60,067 bases of DNA, filler included, from Sphacelaria rigidula (GCA_964200075.2; 7 parts of 7 records of this genome joined end to end with filler, not necessarily neighbours in it); one strand, 5' to 3'. Shown: positions 13,102 through 25,620, numbered from the whole stretch's first letter. Translations and numbers: made by a program. The notes: generated by a model from the sequence alone, not told the origin.

Positions 13102-13736
13102 CTGAACACAACGGGCGTGGATACCTACGTTAAGCGTCAAGATGCCCAGTTGCGAGGGATCACAAAGTGGTCCGGCAAGTGCGGTATACGGTATATGCTC
13201 CGCGGCAGGACACGACAAGTTATCACAATTGATTTTCAATAGTATCCCTTTCAATTAGCGTGCTGTGCCAGAAAAAGCCTGCGCATCTTCGCGCCGGCTT
13301 CCCACGAAACTCAGGTCCCAGGCATCCAAAGCAAGGGCAACATTCCAATCGATGTGACGACAGCAAGAAGTGCGTTGAAGGAAATAATAGAACGCCGCAC
13401 TCGGCATTTGTTGTTCGACCTTCGTGTGCAGTATGTGCAGCCGTCTGCCTCCACGACACCGTGAAAGTGCGGTAAAAGATATATTTGGTTCTTCTTAAAC
13501 CGAGTCATGCGAGATATATTTGGTTCTTCACCGTTCCGAGTATGAACGAGATACATCTAAGCGACGTGGTGAAAATCGATCATCTAACGGCATACAATAC
13601 ACAATGAAACATTCCATCACTCGATATTTTTCAAGATAGCCAAAGTTCGTCATCACAGACCATGACACCAGGGCTTGTCACCCACGGGTGTGATGAAATT
13701 CGTCCGCATTCGAAGCGAAGCGAAACAATCGCGCAC

Positions 13737-14432
13737 CTCGAGAACTTTTCCCTCATCTTCGGATGACCCCCCGATCTCCTCCGTCAATTTCAGGCCGCTG
13801 ACCACGGCCTTCCACGTCTCCAAGGCGTGCTCCCAGGTGACGAACTCACGCGTTTCGAGCCCTTGGGCGTGAACCACGGGTCGGCCAATCGACTGTGCCG
13901 CAACGAATGGATCAGCACCCTCGAGCAAGGCCTCCATCACAGCCCACACCCTCGCCCAGGATTTAGGAATTGTCTGCCCGACGCTCGGGAAAAGTCTTTC
14001 GCCACCCGCTGCTTGCCCTCTCTCTGCTAGATCACAGATTTTGTCTCGCAGTCGAGAAAGGTCGTCTGTGCTACAGCCAGAAGCCTCCACGACGCCGCAA
14101 ATCCTGAGCGAGGGGGCTGTCGGAGAAGAACGATTGAGGTTGTTGTTAGGGTTAGTCTGAACGGTGGCTGCCGCACAGTCCCACTCCAAACGCTTGTTCT
14201 TCATGTACTCGTCGATGGCATCTCGCAGATGATGCAGAGCTGCATCGACTTCCCCTCGATTGTCGCCGAAGCGGTCGCATTGGCTTGCAACGACCAACAC
14301 TGCGCAGTCAGGCACTCGACACAATAGGGTATCGAGCCAGATGTATATGGCGTCTCCCCAACAACATGAATCTCGATAAAACTTGTACAGATCCACGACC
14401 AGCAGCTGCAGAGCACCCTCAGTCAAAAACAG
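13737..14432 (-). CDS. ROCO protein, exon with C-terminal half of Roc GTPase and start of COR
   Basis: tttacag|CTG acceptor, GAG|gtgcgc donor, 232 open codons; LFLTEGALQLLVVDL (post-switch II), WLDTL, VLVVASQCD (G4 position), VGQTIPKSW (Roc-COR junction). P-loop, WDFAG and LRR exons were not found in the window. Confidence 0.88.
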
Positions 14433-15256
14433 CTGTAAATGCGAGCAAGCAATATGGCAAAAAAAAGAAAAGGAACAGTTTCTCAGTAGAAATGCTTGAC
14501 ATGTTCGAAATATCGAAACAATACGTGTGCGGTCCAGAAGTACATATCTCAGAAAGAGGCGTTTTGTATCATCGATCGTGTTTGCATCTCGAGGCAGTGG
14601 AGGTCATTTGAACGTCTACAGTAGTGCGCGGTCTAACTATTTACGAGTGTCTTGGGCATTTCCTCGCGTACCACTCTTCGATAGAACTCGAAATTGCTAG
14701 CGTCGGTAGATTTTGGTACCACAAACAGATCATCCCCGAAACACAGTGCCCAAGTCAGTGTCAGCTGGCGTTATCGTGCGAAACGAAAAAGTACCCCTTT
14801 CATCAGGAGGGTGTGATTGACCGTGAAACGCAGTTTTTCGATCCAACTGCAATGGGGAAGCAGAATTTCAAAAAAATAAAACTGCACATTATTCACAAAT
14901 ATGATCGGGACAGGCTCGATCGACCGAAACTACAGAAGAGTGAGAATCTGGGCTGAAACGTGGCGGGACCCCCGATGACCGGTCAGCCCGTAAGTCCCTC
15001 AAGATTGAGTAGAGATGGGTTTCTTTTCTTGGAATGTGGAGCGGATACAAATATCTTCAGGTCCCCGATGTGATAAGCGGCGGCACGCGGAAAGAGCCGG
15101 AGAAAATCACAACATGCCACAAAATGAATAGTTAGACCGCCCACCCCTGTAGGGCGCGAGATCGCACCACCTCAACCCCAAAAGAACCGCCTGCGTAACA
15201 AATTATCTCTTTGACAGAGCAATTCTTGCCCTTACGATGGCAGGCCTACAACAACA

Positions 15257-15588
15257 TTTTTTTCTTGCGGAACGGACGGTTTTTCCAGATTCACACCAAC
15301 ATGGTCGAATCATCCGAAACGGTCGTCGCCCGCGGACGGTCCGTGATCTGACGGGAGCTTTTCGCGCAATCAAGTTTTTCAACTCGGTGATGCCTTCCAT
15401 GGGATAAGGCCAAAAATGTCCACAATATTTTAAATATTTCCCCTCATAACTGCCCTGACGACGTCGATCCTATTTTTCCTTCACTACAATTCCCGTGAGA
15501 TTACGGACTCTCCGGGGGTTGACGGCGATTTCGGAAGATTCGACGTCTTGGGTGGAAGTAACGAAAAACGGCCCGTTCCGAAAAAAAA
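15257..15588. mobile_element. Degenerate MITE-like element with ~100-bp inverted arms
   Basis: 15257-15356 (cggaacgg.cg.ttttt...gtcgaatc.tccgaaa...gtccgt.atct.acggga) is the reverse complement of 15491-15588. Confidence 0.7.
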
Positions 15589-15706
15589 CGTTCATAATCT
15601 CACCAACACAGTGTACGTATCATTCCTCTGCTGTCACAATTTCACGCCGAAACTCAAAGCCATGCGCCGCGCACTGCCGTTATCGCGTGATCATACTCAC
15701 CCGAGT

Positions 15707-15779
15707 GCCCCGGTGGTCTAATGGTCAGACTGTTACCATCAAGGTACAGAGATAATGGTTTCGATTACTTTCTGGTGCG
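15707..15779 (+). mobile_element. tRNA-derived SINE head or tRNA pseudogene (Pol III A/B boxes)
   Basis: A box TGGTCTAATGG and degenerate B box GGTTTCGATTAC; colinear with 19801; no intact cloverleaf. Confidence 0.55.
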
Positions 15780-17092
15780 TTCTTGTTTTCGAAGATAGTC
15801 GTACTTGCGGAAACGATAGACACTGTTTTCGAAGATAGTCGTACACGCTGAGCGATAAAACATGAAAATAATCACTTCGGTGGTTGAGTGTTGGGGTTGC
15901 CTGATGGCGCGCCGCACTTCTAGAAAAGGTGTACAACAAGAAAACATTATTTCACCGAACGAGGTATCCACGCTCGTTGCATCACTCCTTGATTTATTTT
16001 CCGGATAAACACCACGAACCACTGCCTTGGGATATTTGTTGCGCCGCACCCTTTATATATTCATTTCTTCAATCGTGGACATCGGACAAGGAGACTTGGA
16101 GTTCGTGATCGATTTCGAGGCAGGTAAATGTGTCTCAAGATGGGCGACCTGAAAGCTTCTAGTCGACGTTTTGGCAGGCACAATGCTCCAAATAACCTGG
16201 ACAAGAAAGCATCGTCTCCCCATTCAAGCAGCACAGAAAACCAATTCGTTTTTACATACAGTGCGCGGTCCCGTTCAAGATGTATCGGTCCTTACTCGAG
16301 ACACCCAAGATACGGTTATGAACTTGTGTGACGTTGGGCGACTTGGAATTTGCAGCCGACATTCCGGCAGGAAAGTATTACATCATTGAAAACGAATAAG
16401 AAACCGTTGAAAAAACGCAAGTGATGGCGTTAATATATCCAATGCGTTGTCCCATTTAAAATATGAGGTACTCCCCCTTTTGGGACCGGACCCCCACTAA
16501 CACAGGGTTGACCGTGTTGGTAAAATAATTATAGAAATATGTCTTCGAGCGACCTACCCAATTACAGCGAGGCGAAGTTTATCGACCAGACCCGAACGAC
16601 CAGCGCGGGGATTGTTGCCGGATATTATGCCACTGCGAAGATCGTGCGGGGCCCCATCCCTGGCCCAGGTAAGCCTTCCCGGGTTCCCAAATGCAGGGTG
16701 GTCGCTGCTTGGTTTTTTAGTATTACTTGCACTCAGTATACCCTTCCCGAGTTTTTCCGGAGCGTTTCTTGGGTCCCAGATCTATACTGAAACGTAGTTA
16801 TTTACGCTGACACACGGTGGGCTGAAAAAACCCGGGAAGGAATGTACATACCACCATGTGGTCATTTTCGTGAAGCACAAAATCGAGGTGGGCTGGGGAA
16901 AGACAAAAGGAACTACCGTAATGAATTCTGTGTATCCTTCTACGGATGACTTGGAGTGTTCAGTCAACATGTATGTAGTGGGCGGAGATGAAGAAGCGGT
17001 GTATAGGCAGTTGATCTCGGTAGCTGAGGATTGCCCAGAACGTGCAACGGAGTATGCAGCGGCAGCTGCTGCTTTAGTCGGAGAGGCGTACT

Positions 17093-17192
17093 NNNNNNNN
17101 NNNNNNNNNNNNNNNNNNNNNNNNNNNNNNNNNNNNTTAATTAATTAANNNNNNNNNNNNNNNNNNNNNNNNNNNNNNNNNNNNNNNNNNNN
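17093..17192. other. Scaffold gap with artificial linker
   Basis: N44-TTAATTAATTAA-N44. Confidence 0.97.
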
Positions 17193-17331
17193 CAATTCTA
17201 ACCTCAGAAATTTATTCTGTATCCCTACCGTAGCATCACTCATTATATTAAAAAAATAAAAAATTATTCAAAATTAATATTCTGAAATCTTTTGGGGGGA
17301 TGGGACGGGGTCGGGTGAAGGCGCGTCAAAA

Positions 17332-17357
17332 CTAACCCTAACCCTAGCCCTAACCCC
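17332..17357. repeat. Short interstitial telomere-like repeat
   Basis: ctaaccctaaccctagccctaacccc. Confidence 0.7.
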
Positions 17358-18887
17358 ATCCCAAAGAATGCCCAGAATCCTCAGGCAGGGGGGAGTGCAA
17401 ATGGTGCTCGAGGCAAAGTGCGGCGTTGGCAAACCTCAAATTGGGGCCTGTAGTACCGATGTGGACTAAAATATGTTCTGGGCACGCTACTGTAGGGGTA
17501 CTCGGCACTGTCAGCCCCATGAAAGATCCGAATCTCGGTGTTCACATTCAAATCAAGTAACATCATCCATGGACATTTTGGCGCCGCGACATGGGACACC
17601 CTCTACTGTTCGAATGAGAGGAGTCATCTTCCACCAGGACATCCACAAAACATGGTGGTGTAGGGAACTTATGCTGCGCTCCCAGACGCATTGCACGCAC
17701 CCTTCCACGAGCATACTCCTGTTGAAGAGACGCCCACACACTCCCTCCCCCTTGCCGTAGTGGCCATCCCGTTGACCAAAGCAGCACCTCAAAATGACTG
17801 TGTTGGCACTAGCGTCATTTGAAAATGCGTCAACCGTGGTTATATTGGCGTCGAATTGGGGCAAGCCCATCTGCATTCGGGTGGAAGATCACTCGCACTC
17901 ATTGGCTCATCTTTTTTGGTTTGCTGCTAGGGTCTATCACACTCCTTTGTTCCGTTCATTACTTTGGCCGTTGGGTCACTCATGGTATTCTGGGAATAGC
18001 TTTCGATCAAAAAGCTCAAGTAAAACAAACAAACAAACAAACAAACAAACAAACTTTTGGATGACGTTTCTCAGTTAACTCCTTCTGATTGTTGTATGTC
18101 GTCTACCCTTGACCAAAAACCCCCATAACAAAAAAAAAATCTGAACTCTACCACCCCACTCCATCACAACCCATACACACATATATATATATATATATAT
18201 ATAGTTTTTTCTTCTCTGCCAGCGTTTCCGTCTTGTTTACCTTGGTTACATACGTCTGTCCTGTGACTAACAAGGGCTGCGTCTCTCGGGGACCAGTCAG
18301 TATGCGACAAGCAATCAATGAATCAAATCAATCAAAGTCTTTTGCTTACGTTATAGGAGGAATGCCCACGAGTTTGGCTTTCATTCATGAAAATACGCAC
18401 CGACGAACAGGAAGTGTATTTCACTGATTCCACGATGGTTTGAGAACATCGATATCCAGACCGTGCGGGGTTTTACTTGGTGCGAAGATGGTGTGAAAAG
18501 CAGCCAACATTGAGTAGACATCCCAAGTTGGGGGATCACTGATACTTGAGCAGTTGTACCCCCGTAGTAACATCTATGAAGCGTCGTTGTTTTATTTCAC
18601 GTCGGCTTCCTCTGCTCTGCAAAAATGGGAGGGACAAAAATTAACAGTAGTATACTATTTCACGCCCCGCCCATGCGTGCTGAGCAGCATCCTTCAGGAT
18701 GACGGCCACGTCGTCGAAATGTAGAGCCGATCCTTAGGTCCAGAAGAATGGAAATGCTGACGTTTTTTTGTTGCCGAAAGGGCCAGGGTGACCAATTCAT
18801 GAAATGATTTTCGTTACGATTGGTTCTGTCAACGAGGTGTACTCATGATATTGTATGTCGTAGTCACATGACCATTGGCCTCACATC

Positions 18888-19143
18888 CCTACAAAGCTGT
18901 CACGAAGCACGCCTGATTTTCGCTGGATCAGGCTCGCAATCAATCACCAAGCGCGAAGCGCCGTGATGTGTTCGACGAGTCGCATGACGGGTGAGCTGTA
19001 TCCTGCTGAGATTGTTGGGCCCGGAGCGTACTGATTATCTTGCAGATTGATGATAGCCTCGAATGAGTTGCTTCATTTTCTGATATCACCACTACCAGAG
19101 ACAGCCACAGCGTACACACTGCCTCATGGGTGTCTCACCATTC
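18888..19143. repeat. Dispersed repeat, homologue of 4-245
   Basis: Colinear identity blocks with the window start. Confidence 0.8.
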
Positions 19144-19800
19144 GGTCAATATCGGGGGGGGCGGGGCGGGTGATGTTGGTGAGGCAAGGCATAACCGCTG
19201 CGACCAGGATGGAACATGGCATCAACCCTTTGACCACGAGCAGAGGTCATCCCTCGAATCAGCATCAATTTCACTTGAAAGATGACTGCATGCCCGGATG
19301 ACCTACCCTCGCTGTCAAAGGCTCAAGGCTTGTCCAGGAATCCAAACCAACGCAATACAAATCTGTCTATATCCCTAGCGAGCTCTTGAACCGTTTCGAA
19401 GGTCGAACAAATCATCGCCGATTCGGATCACCAAATCTATGATTTATGAGACCTGACTGATGCGAAAAAGAGAAAAAAACGTTGACCGCGGGTCACAAAA
19501 CGTCTCTAGTATACGCAAATATTTCACTATTCCACCTGTGCCTGGGGTGCGCGTGTGGTATCTAGTGTGCAGTGCAATGCTGACGACAAAGCCCGAGGAT
19601 TGATTTCTTCGGTGCGAATCACTTACACTAGAACCAATTTAATCTCAGACGAAGTCATTATTCGTCCGACCCCTTAATCGTTTTCCTCCGTGCCCTCCTC
19701 CGGCAAATACCGTACATGATCGAAACGTTGTGAAGGAGAGGTATATAATACCATGTATATGTTTACAGTATGTAAATACATGTATATGAGCAGATGCCGC

Positions 19801-19875
19801 GCCCCGATGGTGTAATGGTCCGATCGTCGCCATTAGGGTGGAGAGAACGGGGGTTCGATTCCCGATGCGTTGGGT
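19801..19875 (+). mobile_element. tRNA-derived SINE head (Pol III A/B boxes)
   Basis: GCCCCGATGGTGTAATGG (A box) ... GGGTTCGATTCCC (B box); acceptor stem displaced and anticodon arm not canonical. Confidence 0.65.
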
Positions 19876-20324
19876 TTTTCTTCGTAATGTACGGTTTCCA
19901 CCGTGGAAAGCGTGAGAACGTGAGTGAACGAAGTAGTCGCCTGGGTTTGTGTGACGTGAGTTGACGCGGTGCGGGAGTGCTAATCCAATCCGCGAGACCA
20001 AAATGAAGGCACGTACCGGGGGAGATTTTAGTTGATCGCTTGAGATCACGCACTCATTCCGAGGAAGGGGAGGGGCTCAAAGTGTGAGTATAAAAAAAAA
20101 TGTATATAATGCATATTTTTATAGTCGTAGGGAGTATGCAAGAAATAACGTCTTCGCTGATGGCAACGCCCAGTGCCATACTGTAGCCTTCAGTGACTTT
20201 TAATGTGGAGGATGCGCTTAGTGGTGAGAATTTGGCCCTACTCATTTTTGCCTCTCTGCCTCTCTGCCTTTCTCCGTCTCTCTCCGTCTGTGTGTCTGTC
20301 TATCTGTCTGTCTTCTCTTTTCAG

Positions 20325-20451
20325 GGGGCGAGTACTTCTACCGGTGTTTTGGGAAAAGTTATCGAAGGGATGTGCAGAGGTGGAGGGGTTGGTGAGGACG
20401 GAGGAATCCATCAAGGGTGTGGTCAAGCAAGCGGAGGGGTACTTCAAGGAG
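20325..20451 (+). CDS. Isolated internal exon of an unidentified protein
   Basis: Long pyrimidine tract ending ttttcag|, open frame GRVLLPVFWEKLSKGCAEVEGLVRTEESIKGVVKQAEGYFKE, donor GAG|gtaata. Confidence 0.55.
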
Positions 20452-20550
20452 GTAATACAAAAACATGCATTACACATGTACACACACATATATATATATA
20501 TATATATATGTGGCATACTACACTTTCAATCCTCCCTCACCTTCCTCTTT

Positions 20551-20626
20551 GCTCCGTCTCGAAAGGGATGCGTGGTCAATGGTCAAATGACTAAGGCAAG
20601 CAACAAATGAGTACGCCCCCCCCCCC
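20551..20626 (+). mobile_element. LINE 3' terminus copy with poly-C tail
   Basis: ...gggatgcgtggtcaatggtcaaatgactaaggcaagcaacaaatgagtacg followed by a C run. Confidence 0.8.
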
Positions 20627-21305
20627 TCACCTTCCTCTGGACGAGTCGATATCCTCAAGGGACGATGGATCAGCCCGTTCTCTCTCGAGACCCATACCCC
20701 ATATTTTGGTATCGCAACTTTGACCAGCACTTTTGCACCACGTCGACTATCTATTATAGTCAGATTAGCTTGTGCGGTCCACGTCCTCGCGTTTTAACGG
20801 CGGGAATCAGATACTCCTGGGAATTATAATTGAGGACATCGATATAGAAAATATATGCTTTCGTGTTTTTCGCTCTGAAAATGTACTATTGCTACATCAA
20901 ATTTGCGAAATTGAAGAAACGCGTCACATGCGCCGTTTTGCTCGGAATTCCTGAGGCACACCAAATGAGGATATGTGCGGCACCCTTTCCTCGGAAAAAA
21001 CTGAATAAAATATGTGTTCTCTCTTCATGTGACCATGGGCAAAAGCGCGTCCGCCGACCGAAACCCCTCTTACCCTCGTTAGGCCAGATTTCGACAGGTT
21101 CTCATTATTTTGTCATTCTTTCTCACGAGTACCTTTTGCTTGCCCAGCCCACCTTTTCTACGCGGGTGCGGACTGCCTACAGCACCCGATGTACTCAGCG
21201 CGTGCGATACCCTGACTGACCTCCAGCAACAGCAACCATGACACCCGCGGAATCGGTTGTTTATTGGTTTATGTCCCATTTTCACGAAACACAACGACCA
21301 AGTCC

Positions 21306-21306
<1 letters not shown>

Positions 21307-21359
<53 letters not shown>
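21307..21359. repeat. (GT)n microsatellite
   Basis: Pure GT run. Confidence 0.95.
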
Positions 21360-21361
<2 letters not shown>

Positions 21362-21379
21362 TTTTAAAATAAAATCTGT

Positions 21380-22570
21380 GAGTCTATCCGCTCACGGCGC
21401 CAACCAACTAGTCGGCGTTTTCGGGGTAAAGATCCAGCGGGTTTTGTGTTTTCATTCCGCGGCTCTTCCTCTGATGAGCGGATTGACCGGGAACATGCAC
21501 AATTATCTCGTGTCAAACACGATCACGACATCGCTTTTTAGGGCCGAAGCTCTTGAGAGCAGGGCGGCGCGTGCACTGCGCCAAGTTGATAGGGGGTTTA
21601 AGTGGGAGCATCCCTCACACTGCCTTGAGCCACCGCTCGAGGCGCCTTCCCCCACATGACTGCCGCGAGGTGGGCTAGCCGAGCCTTCAGGTAATCGGCG
21701 CACGAACTCGCTAGCGATCGCCTGCGATCGCTTGCGGGGTAAGTGTTGAGTTGGGTTTCCTCCTTCCATCGAAGAAAAACAAACAGACATCGCTTTGCAC
21801 CTCTCCGCCGACTCGCGGGGGAGAGCGCACGTGTTATTCTATTGAGAGCGTGCTGCTCGTGGCAAGCCTCAGCAGCAGCAGCAGCCGCAGCAGCCGCAGC
21901 AGCAGCAGCAATATTCAATGTTCCATGAGTTTTCGCATGGAACACTGTTAATTTTCTTGATATCCCGTTAATATATTCACATCTCAACATCGTCATCATT
22001 TTCCACGGACAATTGTGTCACGCTCTCGCTGGAGCGGCATATTCTACGCTGACATCTGCACCACGGCTGAATCTCTGGGGGGTCAGTGAAAGTACGACAA
22101 TCAATGAAAATCAATGCAAATCAACCATCTACAAAGGTAGCAGTCTATTTTCCAGCGGCGTTGGGTTGTACTCACCGGATGACTGGAGTTGACCACCTAG
22201 TGCCCGTGCTGTATGTAACCTAGTGCCCGTGCTGTATGTAGTATGCGATCGCATGTTGTTTGTTACAGCCATACGCGTTGTCATCAGATTACCCGTCAAG
22301 GGTCGCATGCGTTGATGATATACCGTAAGCGTGCCCAAGACTTGCCACGAGCAGCACGCTCTACATACTACAGTACCACGTTCGCTCTCCCTCGCGAGTC
22401 AGCGGAGAGGCGCAGGGCGATTTCCTGATGCGCTTGACACGGGGAAACGGTACATGTTCCCGACCCCTCTGTCCATCGGGGTAAAAGCCGCGGGACGAAA
22501 ACACAAAACCCGCTGGATCTTCACCACGAAAATGCCGATTAGTTGGCTGGTGCCGGAAGCGGGTAGACTC
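21380..22570. mobile_element. Foldback / non-autonomous DNA transposon with ~230-bp inverted arms (GAGTCTA...TAGACTC)
   Basis: Left arm 21380-21537 plus 21797-21866 matches the reverse complement of ~22340-22570 (e.g. aagatccagcgggttttgtgttttc; gagagcg; gagcgtgctgctcgtggcaag). Confidence 0.8.
21538..21785 (+). mobile_element. Retroposed (SINE-like) insertion in the left foldback arm with 11-bp TSD
   Basis: GACATCGCTTT at 21527-21537 and 21786-21796; A-rich tail gaagaaaaacaaaca; homologous to 34455-34505 plus 34787-34920. Confidence 0.8.
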
Positions 22571-22589
22571 TGAAGGTTAATTTCGCAAA

Positions 22590-23860
22590 AGACGGGTTGG
22601 TTCGCCACTTGGTGGAGTGAAGAAATTTCTCGGAAATTTGTCATTTTGGATAACTCTCGCACTCCGTGATGGAGTACTGGGTACTGCTGCTGCAGTCGAA
22701 TTTACCACTTGGTAGGGGTTTGTTTGTCCGACTTGGTTCTAGTGTGGACACCGAAATTCGGATCTTTCATGGGGGCTGTGCTTGTAGCGTGCGCAGAACG
22801 CGTTTTTGTCCAAACCGTTTGAGGTCTGGCAACTCATACTTTGCCTAGGGAACACTTTACACCCTCCTTGCCCGAGGGTTCTCGGTATGCCTTCGTTGGG
22901 GTGCGGAATAGGGCGTGTCTTGGCACTTTTTTTTTCGATCGAAAAAATGAGGCGGTAGAATCAATTTGAGCGAAATTTCCTCGTTTGGATGCAGTTGGGT
23001 CCAGATAGATTTCCAAGCTTTTGATCGAAAAAAGACAAAAAAAATCGTGAAACGGTACATGGTCAGTCGTGTACAGTGCTGTACAGACAGTCTGTACTAT
23101 CTGCACTGCTTGCAAGCAGTGTCTTGAGAGTGCGTGTGTGCGTGTTTCGTACAGGACGATATAAAAGAGAAGCGGGTAACGTGCAGCGCAGACAGCCCAG
23201 GACTATCAGTTCTCAGTTCTCTCTGCTAACAATGCGACGTGAAAAGGACTTGAGCAACGTGCAGCTTTGTAGTGCCTGCACTGTCCATGAGCGTTCACGC
23301 AACTCGGTTGCCCACCATATCACGCTGTTCCATCCCTGATGCCTACCATGAGAGAAGATGCGCAAGTTTTCGCCAAGAAATAGAGAGAGCGCACCCGACT
23401 ACTGTAGTGTATCTATCCCTGGGTTCAACTCGTACTCGATGCTGCAGGGTTGCGGTGGTAGCTGAGAATGAGTTGGATGGAGTTTGCATGGTCCTGTGAA
23501 CAGTTGTTATTCGGCATGGTGGTCTGTAAGATAGGAGTCAAGTGCCGCCTCGTGCCTTTCGACCGCATGTCTTCCATCGAAAACAATTTTTTTTCCCCTC
23601 GAGTGATGCTTCTCCGCGCGCCGCTAACTCAAATTTTGTGTTGAAGCCTTCTAGGAATATAAATGTGTCGGACCTATCAGATCGGCAAAAAAAAAATTGA
23701 CCGCACTCTTACGATCGAAAAAAAAGTGCTAAGACACGCCCTTGGGGTTGAAGTTAAGGTTAGTGTTTTTCAAAATCATGAAGTTTCCGAGAAAGTTTTT
23801 ACCCCTACCAAGTGGCAAGCTAACCTCTGTGATGGAGTACTGGGTACTGCTGCGGTAGGC
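22590..23860. mobile_element. Modular DNA-transposon-like repeat; core also present inverted at ~47255-47745
   Basis: Inverted blocks 22603-22650/23769-23816 and 22910-22955/23700-23745; direct block tgatggagtactgggtactgctgc at ~22667 and ~23830; 23060-23500 matches the reverse complement of 47255-47660. Confidence 0.65.
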
Positions 23861-24630
23861 ACCCTAGAGTGTGTGTTGTCAACCTGTGTACTCTGGACTC
23901 CAGTCTGCACCTTTCGATACATGCGGGCACAACAACCGGGGTCATACAGGAGGAAGGTGAACACAGACAAAAAAATTCTTTTTTCGGAATTTGTGTGTTT
24001 TGGTTCTCCACCTTCACTTCTGCGGTGCTTGCCTTCCATTTTACCGCGAGCGGAAGGTCGACACATGATTTTATATTCTTCGTTTTTTGTGTTTTGTTTC
24101 TTCCTTTTTTTATAAATATTTCGAATGATATTCAACAAAAATATATCAAATATAGTATTCGTTATTTTTCTATAATCTCTCTCCAAAGAGATATAATTCA
24201 TTATTCCAAAATTTGGGTATAGAAAATCGTTTATTACTCACCCGTACGCCATGGATCTCAACTATACCACTCGCATGTAACTCCACCTCACCTCAGCGGA
24301 ACTTGCCTTCTATTTCATCGCGAGAAGGGTTGAGCGTTCCCTTTCCCTCATCGACCGTGAAACCTACTTTTCTGCTTTTCCCCACGACGTAGTCAGTTGC
24401 TCTCCACTGTTGAGTATGACGAGAGAAGAAAAAATCCCGGATTGTGTGACTTTACCGATTTTCGAACCCCCATTCTCAACCGTCAGGAGATCTCGATCTT
24501 TTCACCAAACCGAGCCACCGGGGCGACCGGCTAGAGAACACAACACACCCTGGGCAGTAGATTATATTGTCAAAAAGTGTTCTGTGTGCAGTATCGATTG
24601 TTGCGTCTATTGCAAAAGAGAATATATCTC

Positions 24631-24780
24631 GTACTGTACGCAGTACACTTTTTCGACGATGTAGTCTGTTGTCCAGGGACGCATGGTTCCATACTGTACG
24701 CAGTACACTTCTTGACAATGGCATTTGTTTTCCAGGGACACATGATTCCATACTGTGCACAGTACAATTTTTTGACGATT
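24631..24780. repeat. ~59-bp tandem repeat, ~2.5 units
   Basis: tactgtacgcagtacactt...tccagggac.catg.ttcca repeated. Confidence 0.8.
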
Positions 24781-25620
24781 AATCTGTCATCATTATCCTA
24801 CCCCTAAATTTGCATATAAATTTGTCCTACCATGCGAAGAGCGAGCAACGGTTGCACTCCATCGCTCACGGTGGACGTTTCACTTTGCTTTTTGCTTTCG
24901 TTTAGTTTCGATGAGGGCGTGTGCGTGCGTGTGTGCGCGTGTTTTGATTTCTTCTCGTTTAATGTTTTTTGCAGATTTTATTTCGTGTTGTTTTCCAAAA
25001 TTATACTCTTCACATGTTATATTCCACCAGGAAGAGCGCAGTCGTCAGCCTTCGTTGTGGAATGGTTGCACTCCATTTGCTGACCACGGCGACTCACCTT
25101 GTCATTCTGGTTTCGTTTTTTTTTTTTTTCCATGTGTGCTTGTGTGTATTACGTGCGTTTTTTTGCTCCCTCAGGGGTGCACGAGAAAATAGTCTTTCCA
25201 TGCCTATGTACCCGAGGGTACTCTGGAACCACATTAATGAAACAATCATTTTTTTCAACTTCGCCAAAAACTTGAAGCCCCTGTTTGTTTGTTTTTTTCA
25301 TGTCGACAGGGCACCCTAGGGCATCATAGGTGCTGTTTCCAACTTCTGATGTGCACCCCTGGCTCCCTTGTTGTTTTGAAAATGTTATTTTACAAATAAT
25401 GTTATTTTTTTATTTCCATTTTTTCTTCCCCAAATGTTGGTAGTTGTTGTTTTTTCCAAATATTCTTTCCTCTTTTTTTCTTTTCTTTTTTTCCCATCAG
25501 GAAGAGCGCAGTCGCCAGCCTTCGCTGTTCAGCGTGGTTCGTGCGGCAGTTGAAATATTCTACTACGATGGCGACCCGCAGCTTGGACTTTACGGGGCAT
25601 TCGGGTGAGAGAGAGAGAGA

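Noticed and set aside
16070-17092. Possible MULE transposase exons (VIDFEAG|gt) and ORF 16858
   Set aside because: One short motif only, with no supporting DDE residues or TIRs.
19801-19875. Functional tRNA gene (also 15707)
   Set aside because: A and B boxes are present, but the acceptor and anticodon stems do not form a canonical cloverleaf.
24631-24780. CRISPR-like array (also the ATCGCGAT array at 45691-46480)
   Set aside because: Intervening sequences are themselves repeats, there are no cas genes, and the context is eukaryotic.
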